From a virus, in the IMG/VR virus record IMGVR_UViG_3300036761_001135, positions 1-64,000 of that record: DNA of 64,000 nucleotides; one strand, 5' to 3'. How positions within the stretch are numbered: the stretch's first letter is position 1; every line of letters begins with the position of its first letter. This document shows positions 9,513-19,615 of the stretch, piece after piece. The notes beneath the pieces were generated by a model, which did not search any database, was not told the DNA's origin, and saw only the letters and a list, made by a program, of their open reading frames with translations. The translations under genes and the position numbers were made by a program.

Positions 9513-10756
9513 TAGGAATTCGAGCACGCAATCTCGCCAATCTACGAAACAAGGTCAATAAGCAATATGGCGACCGGACGATTGACATGGCGAGTCGTTT
9601 GCAGCCGTTGAATTGTCCGCGCGTGACGACGGGAAGCTTGAGCTTCGACTATGTGCTCGGTGGTGGTATCCCGGTGGGCCATGTTTTGATCTATCACGGT
9701 GGAGAGAGCAGCGGGAAGACCACCCAGGCAGTGCGCTCTGCCGGGAGTTTCCAGAGGGTATGCGCCAACTGCTATCGGCGTGTGATGGGTGGATTGGAGT
9801 TGGAGGAAGTGGTGGACAAGGAGACTGGCGAGGTCGATCTGTCCCAAATAGGATACTGCGATTGCGTGAATGCGGGTCTGTTCGTGCCTGTGCAATTGGA
9901 GAAGGAGACAGACACAGAGTTCAAGGCGCGGTTGAAGCGCTATGCGGTGAACTCTTACGAGGAGCCGCGAGTCGCCTATATCGACGTGGAGGGCACGTTC
10001 GACAACTCATGGGCGATAAAGTTGGGTTGCAATCCAGACTTGCTCTTGCTGGCGCGTCCACAGACGGCGGAGGAAGGCATCGACCTGCACGACGAGATCG
10101 TGCGCACGGGAGCGGTGGATTTCATCGTGCTGGACAGCATTGCGGCCATGACTCCGAGCGAAGAGATCACGGCAAGTGCCTCGGATTGGCAACAGGGTCT
10201 CGCGGCGAGGCTCATCAACAAGTTTGCGCGTAAGACTAACTCGTCGAGGAACGCTGTGCGGTCTGATTTTAATAGGAAGATTACCGAGATTTGGATCAAC
10301 CAGGAACGAGATAAAATTGGAGTAACTTGGGGCGATCCGACCGTGCTTCCTTGTGGCAAGGGCCAGAAATTTGCGGCGTCGGTCATCGTGAAGATGTGGT
10401 CGAGCAAGTGGGAGAAGGACACGATAGACGAAGAACTCAAGAAGGAGTGGCATACGGAGATCGGGTCCGAGGTCCACATGAATTACAAGGTCACGAAGAA
10501 CAAGACGGGGCCGGCCATGGGGCAGGGTGGTTTTCGCATGGGGGTGTTTGGGGACGAGGCGGCACAGGTTTTGGATATTGATTACATGTTGGCGCAGGCG
10601 GAGAAGTTCGGCCTGTTCAAGAAAGAGGGCAAGGAGTGGCAGCTCGGAGACGAATCGTACAGGACGAAAACAGAGTTGATAGCGCGGATGTCGGAGCCAG
10701 CGGTACGGGACACCTTGAGGGCGATCCTTGTGAAGAGGATGATTGCGAGGGTGTAG
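9509..10756 (+). CDS. recA: RecA/UvsX-like recombinase with a Cys-containing insertion
   Basis: TGSLSFDYVLGGGIPVG, GGESSGKTT, IDVEG, VLDSIAAM, WINQ. Confidence 0.9.
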   Translation: MIGIRARNLANLRNKVNKQYGDRTIDMASRLQPLNCPRVTTGSLSFDYVLGGGIPVGHVLIYHGGESSGKTTQAVRSAGSFQRVCANCYRRVMGGLELEEVVDKETGEVDLSQIGYCDCVNAGLFVPVQLEKETDTEFKARLKRYAVNSYEEPRVAYIDVEGTFDNSWAIKLGCNPDLLLLARPQTAEEGIDLHDEIVRTGAVDFIVLDSIAAMTPSEEITASASDWQQGLAARLINKFARKTNSSRNAVRSDFNRKITEIWINQERDKIGVTWGDPTVLPCGKGQKFAASVIVKMWSSKWEKDTIDEELKKEWHTEIGSEVHMNYKVTKNKTGPAMGQGGFRMGVFGDEAAQVLDIDYMLAQAEKFGLFKKEGKEWQLGDESYRTKTELIARMSEPAVRDTLRAILVKRMIARV

Positions 10757-10806
10757 GCGAACCTGGGTTCGTGTCTGGGCATAGTCCGTTCGTGACGAAT
10801 TGCCAA

Positions 10807-11073
10807 ATGTCCGAGTTTGGAATTCTCGCGCTGCATCATGAGCACATCAAGATGCTGTCGGTGTTGCCTCGGGTGCCTAGAAATGCCGAGGGTGAATTCG
10901 ATACTTGGGCATGGTCTCGCATGGTGGATTTGCCACAGCGGAGAGTTCGGGAACTATCGCGTGGGTTGATGGACATGGGAGCGATCCTGGCCGATGGGAC
11001 GATGCCGTCGATTGTTTTTGAATATCTGTCAAAATTGGCAAAGGACTGTGTGATCAAGGGGAAGGATAGATGA
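10807..11073 (+). CDS. Hypothetical protein
   Basis: ORF between recA and the IS remnant; start uncertain. Confidence 0.4.
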   Translation: MSEFGILALHHEHIKMLSVLPRVPRNAEGEFDTWAWSRMVDLPQRRVRELSRGLMDMGAILADGTMPSIVFEYLSKLAKDCVIKGKDR

Positions 11074-11074
11074 C

Positions 11075-11271
11075 GGAAACAAGGACAAAATAGGACAATG
11101 AGGGCCTACCGCACAGAGTTAGATCCCAACAATGCGCAGCGCATGGCGTTTATGTGTCATGCAGGCGCGGCGCGGTGGGCGTTCAACGATGCGCGTGAAA
11201 CGGGTCTCGGTGAAGCAGGAATCTAACACTGAACGGGGCATGTCCTCGTTTGGGTCAGTTTAGGAGAACGG
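11075..11271 (+). mobile_element. Internally deleted TnpB-type (IS607/IS200-IS605) element remnant
   Basis: ORF 11098-11226 (MRAYRTELDPNNAQRMAFMCHAGAARWAFN...) matches a TnpB N-terminus; joined to a right-end-like GTGAAGCAGGAA...TTTGGGTCAGTTT...GAACGG; AGGACAA direct repeats at the left end; GG at both ends. Confidence 0.7.
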
Positions 11272-11286
11272 AAGTAGGTGTTGTTG

Positions 11287-12702
11287 ATGGCGCGGATTCG
11301 ACCACGGGTCTTTGAGCAGGGCGGGCGCACGCCGACAGAGCAGGAAGATCGCGTTGCGAGGGTGGTTCGTGGGCATCGGCAGCGGGGCAGCGGCGCGTCG
11401 ATGTATGCCAAAGGGGACGTTTCCTCAGACCATTTTTTGATAGAATGTGTCGTTCCAGAAACGCCGATCCTTGTTGGACATGGAGAGTTTGTTTGCGCTG
11501 GCGAGGTGACAGAAGGACAACTTGTGATAGGAGGAGACGGAGAACATCATGCGGTAGATTATGTTTTTGTTAGGCACTACAATGGTCCTCTGATTGATGT
11601 TTCATTGAATTATTCTGACGCGGTTATTTCATTTACTCCTGATCATCCTGTTCTTGTTTTTTGCCCGCATTGCAAACGAACGTCTTTTGTCTCTGCTGAA
11701 CATATAGTTGCTGGAGACTATGTACTACGTCCAGCTCTTAAGAAAGTATTGCAATGTGAACAATATGTTAAAATACCAGAAAAGAAGCTTTCAAAGAAAT
11801 TCCGAGGAGGAACTATTAGAATCGACAATGATTTTGCGCGTTTTTTGGGTTATTATGCTGCTGAGGGTTGGGTTCGTATGTCAAAGATTTTCATGTGTTT
11901 TTCTATCCGTGAGAAGGACACATTTGTTCATGATGTCATTGGGTTATTCAGGACGTTGTTTTCGCTTGATGCTCACACAAGGGAGACAACTTGGAATTCT
12001 ATCGAAATTCGTGTTGGAAGTTCAGTTTTGGCAGATTATTTATTAAAAGAGATAGGTACTGGATCTCAAAAAATAAGGATTCCGTCTTTTGTCTTTCGAT
12101 CTGATACGTCGATAATTGAGAGCTTCATACAAGGATTGTACAGAGGAGATGGATACCGTGATGACGAGAAGGTGTCATTGACGACTCATTCCTATTCGTT
12201 GGCGTATGGAACGCAAGATATTTTGTTGCAACTAGGGATTGCGTCATCAATCTCTGAAACGACAAAGAATGGTTACCAAGTTCGTTCTTTTGGTGTTAAT
12301 GGACGGAAGCTGAGGAATATTGTGTGGGGAGAAGATCAAGAGTTCGAGAATGTTCGTTGTCCTCGTCCTCTTTCCTATGTTGAAAACGGTGTGCTTTTTT
12401 CACGCATCAAGAGCATTTCAAGTCGAGAATACAGTGGAGATGTTATAAATTTTCAAGTAAATGGTGACGAACGCTATGTTTGTGGCAACGCAATCGTGCA
12501 TAATTGCAAGCGCACTGAGCATGCCAGTTTGAGCCTGAAGAAGTCGTGGTTAGACAAGATCTCGCGTGAGGCAGCGGCGGCGAGCAAAGAGCCAGCGCTG
12601 GCCATCGAGATTGCAGGCGGTCCCGATGACGCGCATGGTGAACGCGAGTGGATCATGATCCCCTTGCGATGCTGGAAGAAGTTGGTTGGAATTACGGAAT
12701 GA
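11287..12702 (+). CDS. Hjc-like PD-(D/E)XK Holliday junction resolvase containing an intein
   Basis: Spliced product reads GSGA..KGDV...FLIE-CKRT...SLSLKKSWLDKI..EA (about 118 aa). Confidence 0.75.
   Translation: MARIRPRVFEQGGRTPTEQEDRVARVVRGHRQRGSGASMYAKGDVSSDHFLIECVVPETPILVGHGEFVCAGEVTEGQLVIGGDGEHHAVDYVFVRHYNGPLIDVSLNYSDAVISFTPDHPVLVFCPHCKRTSFVSAEHIVAGDYVLRPALKKVLQCEQYVKIPEKKLSKKFRGGTIRIDNDFARFLGYYAAEGWVRMSKIFMCFSIREKDTFVHDVIGLFRTLFSLDAHTRETTWNSIEIRVGSSVLADYLLKEIGTGSQKIRIPSFVFRSDTSIIESFIQGLYRGDGYRDDEKVSLTTHSYSLAYGTQDILLQLGIASSISETTKNGYQVRSFGVNGRKLRNIVWGEDQEFENVRCPRPLSYVENGVLFSRIKSISSREYSGDVINFQVNGDERYVCGNAIVHNCKRTEHASLSLKKSWLDKISREAAAASKEPALAIEIAGGPDDAHGEREWIMIPLRCWKKLVGITE
11446..12504 (+). 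mobile_element. Intein (353 aa) with LAGLIDADG homing endonuclease
   Basis: Starts CVVPET, block B TPDHPV, FLGYYAAEG and FIQGLYRGDG, ends VHN followed by Cys; visibly AT-rich. Confidence 0.92.
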
Positions 12703-12974
12703 AGTTCAAGACGCCACAGGCTCAGGAAGCGTATGCTGAGGTGCTTAGGGAGCTTGGTCAGGTAATTGCGGAGGTTCAGGCGCAGTCCAAGGTTCAGGAG
12801 GCGCGGGTGTCCATGGCCGATGCGCCTGCTATTGCGTTGAGCACGGCGTACAAGGTTGGCGAGATGCGCATGAAGGGTCTTGAGATGGCCTTGCGTGTCG
12901 GGACGGAGATCGACATCCAGTGGGGGTGCCTCATGGCGCGCTTGACCATGGAGGCGCAGGATGGCGATAGGTAA
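12699..12974 (+). CDS. Hypothetical protein
   Basis: ATGA overlap with the upstream stop codon. Confidence 0.55.
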   Translation: MKFKTPQAQEAYAEVLRELGQVIAEVQAQSKVQEARVSMADAPAIALSTAYKVGEMRMKGLEMALRVGTEIDIQWGCLMARLTMEAQDGDR

Positions 12975-12977
12975 TTG

Positions 12978-13006
12978 TTGACAAACACTAAATAGGACGT
13001 TAAAAA
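12978..13006 (+). promoter_or_regulatory. Sigma70-like promoter
   Basis: TTGACA-17-TAAAAA, intergenic. Confidence 0.55.
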
Positions 13007-13048
13007 CAGGGTTGATGCCTGGCGCGATGCCAGTGGAGGATCTGAAGA

Positions 13049-13699
13049 ATGTTTTTGCCGTGTACGATTCCAGATGGTCAGTCGGGCGCGTGGCGCGTCG
13101 AGCGTTGCGTCGTGAGTGAGTGCGAAGCTCGGATCGAGAACATGCGGAGTGCGTTCTCAAGAGTGCGGCAGTTGCCGGTGAATCCAGGCACGTATGTCCG
13201 GCTGGTCGGGCCGGGCGGGATCTGGATGAGCGATACGCCGAGCGAGGTGGGGGATCACTCCGCGCCCATTCGGCATGCTGGGGCGGTTGGCGGGCATTGC
13301 CTGGTGACTGGTCTCGGGCTTGGCCTGGTCACGGAGGCGCTGTTGGCGATCCAATCCGTGACGCGGGTGACGGTAATCGAGCTGGAGCCGGACGTGATCG
13401 CGCTTATTGGTCCGACGTTGCGGGAGCGCTGGGGCGACCGGCTGGAGATCGTGCAGGCGGACGCCCTGACGTGGCGACCTCCACGGGGGGTACGCTACAG
13501 CGTCGTCTGGCATGATATTTGGCAGTTTATATGCTCGGACAACCAGGCGAGCATGACGACGTTGAAGCGGAGGTACGCTTTTCGGGCGGACTGGCAGCGG
13601 TGTTGGCGGGAGGAGTCTGTACGGAAGGTGAATCGGGAGGATCGGAAGGCAGCGCGGCAGATGGCGTTTTGGAAGCGTGTGCGTCAAGCGAACGGATGA
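13049..13699 (+). CDS. Class I SAM-dependent methyltransferase-fold protein (spermidine-synthase-like)
   Basis: WMSDTPSE, LVTGLGLG, VTVIE, ADA, WHDIW. Confidence 0.75.
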   Translation: MFLPCTIPDGQSGAWRVERCVVSECEARIENMRSAFSRVRQLPVNPGTYVRLVGPGGIWMSDTPSEVGDHSAPIRHAGAVGGHCLVTGLGLGLVTEALLAIQSVTRVTVIELEPDVIALIGPTLRERWGDRLEIVQADALTWRPPRGVRYSVVWHDIWQFICSDNQASMTTLKRRYAFRADWQRCWREESVRKVNREDRKAARQMAFWKRVRQANG

Positions 13700-15427
13700 G
13701 GAGGCAGCATGGCACGCGGTAAGCGACAGGGGCCGCCACAGGAGCCGAAGCGTCTGGTGTTCGAGACCTTCCGGCAACCCAGCCACTTCCTGTTGCGCGG
13801 GTTGGAGCAGGCAGCCTATGACGTGTTCAATCGTGAGGTCCATGTTCGGCGCTGGCGCATCACGGTGGAGACGATTGAAGAGACGGACGACGTGATCTAT
13901 GCGCGTCTGTTGGACCTGTGGGAGCGGTCGGCCAACTTCCACGAGTGGGAGCCGCTTCGGGATGCCGCGAAGGCGCTGGGCCGGGAGTTGCCGTCGGATC
14001 GGCTGGGCAAGCGGCGGGAAAAGAAATAGGAGGACGCCATGGAGTACCCGATGGAATTTGCGAACGATCATGAGGTAGCTGAGGCGCGGCATGGGGAGGT
14101 GAAGCGGGCGTGCCTGGACCGGATCGACCCTGGCAATACAAGTCGGTGGGGCCATCGGGACGATAGTGATGAGGAAGTCGCGCGGGTCTTGGCCACGATA
14201 GCGTGGGAGAGCGGATGGGACGAGGCGGTGTTGGCGAGTCAGCGTGCCCAGGTGGAGAGCATCGGACAACTGATCGCGCAGCGGGACGTGGAGCACGAGG
14301 CGGCGCGGGCATGGTGTGAGAGATACGAGAGGCAGTTGTGGCAGACGCAGGACTTAGACCAGAGGTGGCAGGCAAAGTTGCGGGATGCGCAGGACGCGCT
14401 CGTGAAGATGAAGGCGGAGCGGAACGAGGCGCGGGCGGATGCTGCTCAGTGTGCGATGGCCTACCGCGACAAGTTGCCCATTGGGGGGATCTTGAAGCGG
14501 ATTGACGCCTATGCGCGGGGCATGTCGGCGGATGGCGGCAAGCTATGAAGGGGCGATGGTACGGTCTGCGGGGCGACCGGCCCGCGCACTGGCACGAGTA
14601 CGTGGAACGCCCGGACGGCACGGGGTTCTGGGCGGCGCTGAGTCGGTGCGGCATGCAGAAGGTGGTGCCGTCCGTGCTGGCGGACATCGACGCCTGGCAT
14701 GGGCGATACCCGGACGCGCCGGAGATGGACGGGCGGTGGCGGTGTCGCCCCTGCGAGCGGAACCGGGCGCGGGACGTGGCCCGGCGGCGGGCGCAGGAGG
14801 ACGGCGCAGGCATCTGAGGAGGCGAGCATGGTGACGCGAGAGACATTGGGCGAGGGGCTGCACGCGGCGTTGCTGAGTGATTGTGATAGCAATGCCACGT
14901 CGTTGGCGTGGGATCTCATCAGTTTGTGGGAGATGCACTACGCCTGGCAGGCGTACTTGGATTTGGCCTGGGAGGAGCTGTCGAAGCGTCCCGTGTATGA
15001 ACCCGTGGAGAACGCACTACGGCGGGCCTCGGGGCGTATGGGGTCCGTCACGGGCGTGTGTCCTGTACGCTTGCGGATCATTAGGTTGACCCTGGAGCTG
15101 TTCAGCGGGGTGGACTGGCAGCGGTTTGCCTCGTGTCTGGAGGAGTCCTGATGGGGGCCACGCCCATCGTGTTTAGGTGCTCGGCGTGTCGGCATCGCCA
15201 TACCATGCGATTTCGGGCAGAGAATATGTCATTGGCGAGCACGGGCATGGCGAACGATGTGACGTTGACGGGACGGACGAGGAATCGTCGGCGGACGGGC
15301 GGGCATCGTAGTTCGGCGCTGGCGCGGGAGTATCGGTGCCAGGATTGCGGGCATGTGGGCTGGGCCGCGCATCGTGACCTGGACCAGTTGGCGGCGCGTG
15401 AGGAGCCGCGTGACCAGGGAGGTGACC

Positions 15428-15604
15428 ATGAATAGTCTCCAGGATCGTCCCGCGTGTCCGCTGTGCGGCAAGAACATGGTGCTGCGGACGCGGAACCGGG
15501 ATCAGCATGTCTTCTGGGGGTGCGTCCAGTACCCGGACTGCCGGGGGACGCGCCCGGAGTACGTGCCCGATCCCGATCCGAACAACGGGCTGGAGATCGA
15601 CTAG
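15428..15604 (+). CDS. Stand-alone topoisomerase-type C4 zinc-finger protein
   Basis: CPLCGKNMVLR....FWGCVQYPDCRGT. Confidence 0.75.
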   Translation: MNSLQDRPACPLCGKNMVLRTRNRDQHVFWGCVQYPDCRGTRPEYVPDPDPNNGLEID

Positions 15605-16753
15605 AGGGGTGCGGCATGCCGGTGAAACGACGAGAGGGTGAATCGGACGCGCTGTTTGGGGCGCGGTGCTACCGGGAGCAGTTGCGGCAAGAGATCAACA
15701 TGCACACCGGGGCAGGGCGGTCCACGAATCCCGCGCCGCCGTGGTTGCGGCAGGGCCGGGCCAGCTACCTGTATGAGCGGGCCACGGGGTATGGGCCGCC
15801 TGCGGGGATGACGAACGAGGCCATCGTGGAGGCGCTCGTGCAGATGGCCTACCCAGTCGAGGAAAGGTTGGAGGCGAGCAAGTACGTGGGCCTCACTGAA
15901 CGGATAGCGCGGGAGATCGATAAAGAGGTGATCGCCGAGATGATGGCGTGCGCGGCGGGAGGAGACGGTCATGGCGTGGAATGAGGCGTGCGAGGACTGC
16001 GGCGCCCCGGCGGACGTGGTGACGTGCGAGGTCAGCGAGCTGCGGGGGCTGCACCCCGAGAGCGGCGACACGATCACGGTGCGGGTGCCGGGGACGGCGC
16101 GGGCGCTGTGTCGGGCCTGCGAGGACCGGCGATACGGGCAGGCGGGGCGGCGGCATCAGGTGCGGAATACCATACGGAGGGACACATGAGTGGGTCGGAT
16201 GTGAAATCGTGGGAAGCGGCGTATGACAATGTGGACGGGATCGTTCACTCGGTGAAGTGCATCGTGTGCGGCACCCTGCATGACGCGAACGGCAAGACCT
16301 TCGCGCGGTTGTGGGGCGGTCTGCTGGAGGGGATCAGCGGTGGGTTGTTGGGCGGCATGACGGGGTCCACCTACTACTGCAAGCTATGTTTCGTGAAGGC
16401 AGCGGCGAAGGCGCTTGATGTGGACTTCTATGTGAAGCGTGAGGGGTTCAGACGGGGCATCGATCCGGGGTCAACGCATGAGGAAGCGCCCACGGGCGAG
16501 CCAGGCGAGGATAGCTGGGAGACTCGGGCGTGTACGGAGATGGGCCGGTGAGGCATGGATAACGGGAAGGTTGACGAGGTGGTTTTGGCGACTGGTGGCT
16601 ACTGCCACAAGAGGGTCGCAGGGTGTTTCTGTGCGGTGGGATGGCCAGTGGAGCGCCAGTGTCCCGCGTGTCGGGATCGGTGGCCGGTCGGGGCGTTCCG
16701 GGACTCGTACTGCATCTGTCCGCCGGATGAGGAACGACCCTGTGGAGGGGACC

Positions 16754-17212
16754 ATGGCTAAGCAGGTGTCGTTGGTGATCCAGGTGCATCCGTTCGAGGA
16801 GCGCAGCGAGGTGGAGGTGGACGTCATCGCCATCTGGGCGGACAAGGTGGCGTCGGACTGGTGGGATTACGAGATGGGCAACATCGGTCTGCTTGAGACA
16901 CTTGGCCTCAAAGACTGGGACGATCTCCAGCCGGGGTTCTGGTTCATCGAAGGCCATCTTTGGAGTGATCAAGACTACTACGGCGAATGGGATGGCGGCT
17001 TCGAGATTGAGACGGCGGAGCCCGTGCGGGACATCCTGCCGCTGCTCAAAAAGGTCTGTCCTGACGATCCGGATTTGCTGTGTGTAATGGGGATCTATGG
17101 ACAACTCACCTGCGCCTCTACGGAGGATGGGAAAGCTATCGGCCGGGACCGGCTGAGAACGCTCATGAATACGTTGCTGTTCATGGAGACCTGCATGGAG
17201 GAGGAATCATGA
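16754..17212 (+). CDS. Hypothetical protein, paralog family A
   Basis: Similar to 26306-26809 and 30837-31328. Confidence 0.6.
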   Translation: MAKQVSLVIQVHPFEERSEVEVDVIAIWADKVASDWWDYEMGNIGLLETLGLKDWDDLQPGFWFIEGHLWSDQDYYGEWDGGFEIETAEPVRDILPLLKKVCPDDPDLLCVMGIYGQLTCASTEDGKAIGRDRLRTLMNTLLFMETCMEEES

Positions 17213-19150
17213 AGAAGGTGCGACGAGTGTGGGCAACAAATATGGTTGCGACCAGTGTTGAGACCGAAATGACCATTAACGGGCAGAAGGCATGGAAGCG
17301 GTTGAGCTGTCCATTGTCCCATTTTGATGATGTGGACTACTGCGGAGAGTGGTGCGTCTGGTTCGACGTGGAGAGGATCCGGGGGGCGTTGGGGGCGCCG
17401 GATCGGGAGGTTGTCACTTGCAAGGGGACGCCCATAGGGGAGATTGTCGAGGGCAAGTCATGAGCCAGAGTATCCAGTGGGCGCGGCGGTGCGGTGAGTG
17501 TCACCACTGGCAGGCGACTGTGCATCCGGTGGGTGGCGAGTGTACGGCGGACGTGCCGTTCTGGGTGGATGAGGATGGGAGCATGCAGCGGGAGGCGCGG
17601 TTCGTGGCGAGGGATGAGGTGCGGGCGACGGGGTGTGACAAGTTCACGCCGACGTTCGCGCATAGATGAACCATAAGGAGCAAAAATGAGCGGCACGTTG
17701 AAGTACCATTTGGACAATGCCACGGCGGTATTCGGGGCAGACAGTCCGGCCGTTGCTTTTCTCAAAGAGAAGATCGCCGAGCAGGGAGAGAATGAAGAGG
17801 TCATCGCGGATGAGTCGCAACTCATCGCGGCGTTGTTTTCCATTCACAATCAGTCTCAGTCTGGGCAAGAGTTTACTGTGGAGGAGGAGTCATGAGTCAA
17901 GAAAAACCTGACAATTCCATTACGTTTTGCGTTGGGGAACCAAGCCAAGAGGCAGTGCGGATTTGTGCGGATGGCAAGTTCTTCGTGTATGGGCGGGAGG
18001 TCACGCAGGATCGAGAGGTATACGAGGGCTTCGTGAGATTTCTGAAGGAAAGCGGCCACTATCCAGGAGCAAACCATGTCGATGATTCCGTTGGCTGAAC
18101 TCGTGCAACAAGCGCAATTTGCACACTTCAAGATTCAAGAGCGCTTGCGTTGTTACAATACGCAGGATGAACGGGATCAGATCTTGGCAATTGCTGCGAA
18201 GGCGGCACCTGATTTGCATTTTATCTTGCGAGCACACAATCACCTGGAACCTGACAATATGGATTTAGTTCCCTTGGTAGAGATAGGAGAACGACGATGA
18301 GCAAGTGGAAAGTTGAGGCGAGCGCGGTGGTGGGTTTACGGTTTGATGTCGAGGCAGAAAATGAGGACGAGTCATATAAGAGGGCATGGGATCTTGTAAA
18401 ACAAGTTCGCGGGAACAGTAACGGTGGGATTTCTATTCCTACTGGGGTCATCCTTGCGTGGCCTTGTATTGATGAGTTGGTTTGGGGTGATACCGAAATC
18501 GAAGAGTGTGGATGATGAAGTTCGGGACGAAATTCTGGCTGCGCCGGGGGTCCATGTTTCGCCATGCGGGGGCGGGGAGAGCGCGGTTCGTGGCGGCGCG
18601 GTTGCTATTTTGTCGGGGAGAGCAGGTGTACGCGGAGTTGCTAGAGGACGATCCGGGGACGGACGATCCGGGGACGTGTCACGCGGGGCAGCGGGGGTGG
18701 TGGAGTCGCGTATCCGTATCCCTTTGGGAGGACGAGCGCCCGAAAGCGCATGCCGGGAACTTCATCAGCTATGACTTTTAACAGGCGAACCCAGGTTCGT
18801 GTGGACCCGATAGCGCTAGGTGAGTGGATGCGAAAGATAGAATCTCTGCATGGGGTGGTCAGTGTGGAACGCCGCGAGACGCCGCCGACGTGCGTCTTTG
18901 TGATGGTGCAGGATCCACGACGGGAGCGCTGGGAGCGGGTGGATATGACAGAGGATGGAGGAACACAGGTCACAATAGTGAAGGAGATCGAGTCCTATGT
19001 GCGCCTCTCGGTGTTGCCGTCCGTGTTGCAAGCCCAGGTGCGACTGGCGATGCAGGGCGAATGTCGAGAGCAGGTGATCGCGGGCATGCACGCGGACACG
19101 CAGGCGGAGTTGGAGGAGATGATCTGCAAGGGGCAGACGAAGGAGACGCT

Positions 19151-19615
19151 ATGAAGGTGATGTTCACGTTAGAGTTTTCCGAGGACGAACGGCTGGCGAT
19201 AGCGCATGAGCGTGGTGACATAGAGTTGGGGTCACGGGATGGTGTGCCGAGTTTGGCGTCACTGGAGAGCGTGCAGAACTGGGCACGGCGGAAGATCGAG
19301 GCGGCCATATACGGATTGGTGCAAGAGTACAAGGCGAAGCAGGATCTTGAAAATGAGGAATTGATCCAGGTTTCTGATTTGAAGATCGAACGGTGGCGGT
19401 CTACTGGCAGCGTGGCCGATGATGCCAATGCCGTGCGCATCCTGCATGTGCCGTCGCGGATCGTGGTGGAGAGCAGTGAGCGTGCCCCTTTCCTTGAGAA
19501 CCGGCGATGTGCGATGGCTAAGTTGCGAGAGCGGCTGGCCGATGAGAAGGCTGGGCTTTGCCCGATCTGCCATTACCCGGTGAATAGCGGACCGTGCCAG
19601 CGGAGCCACCCATGA
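19151..19615 (+). CDS. Protein with a release-factor (RF-1) domain lacking GGQ
   Basis: DLKIERWRSTGS....NAVRILHVPSRIVV........ENRRCAMAKLRERL. Confidence 0.6.
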   Translation: MKVMFTLEFSEDERLAIAHERGDIELGSRDGVPSLASLESVQNWARRKIEAAIYGLVQEYKAKQDLENEELIQVSDLKIERWRSTGSVADDANAVRILHVPSRIVVESSERAPFLENRRCAMAKLRERLADEKAGLCPICHYPVNSGPCQRSHP

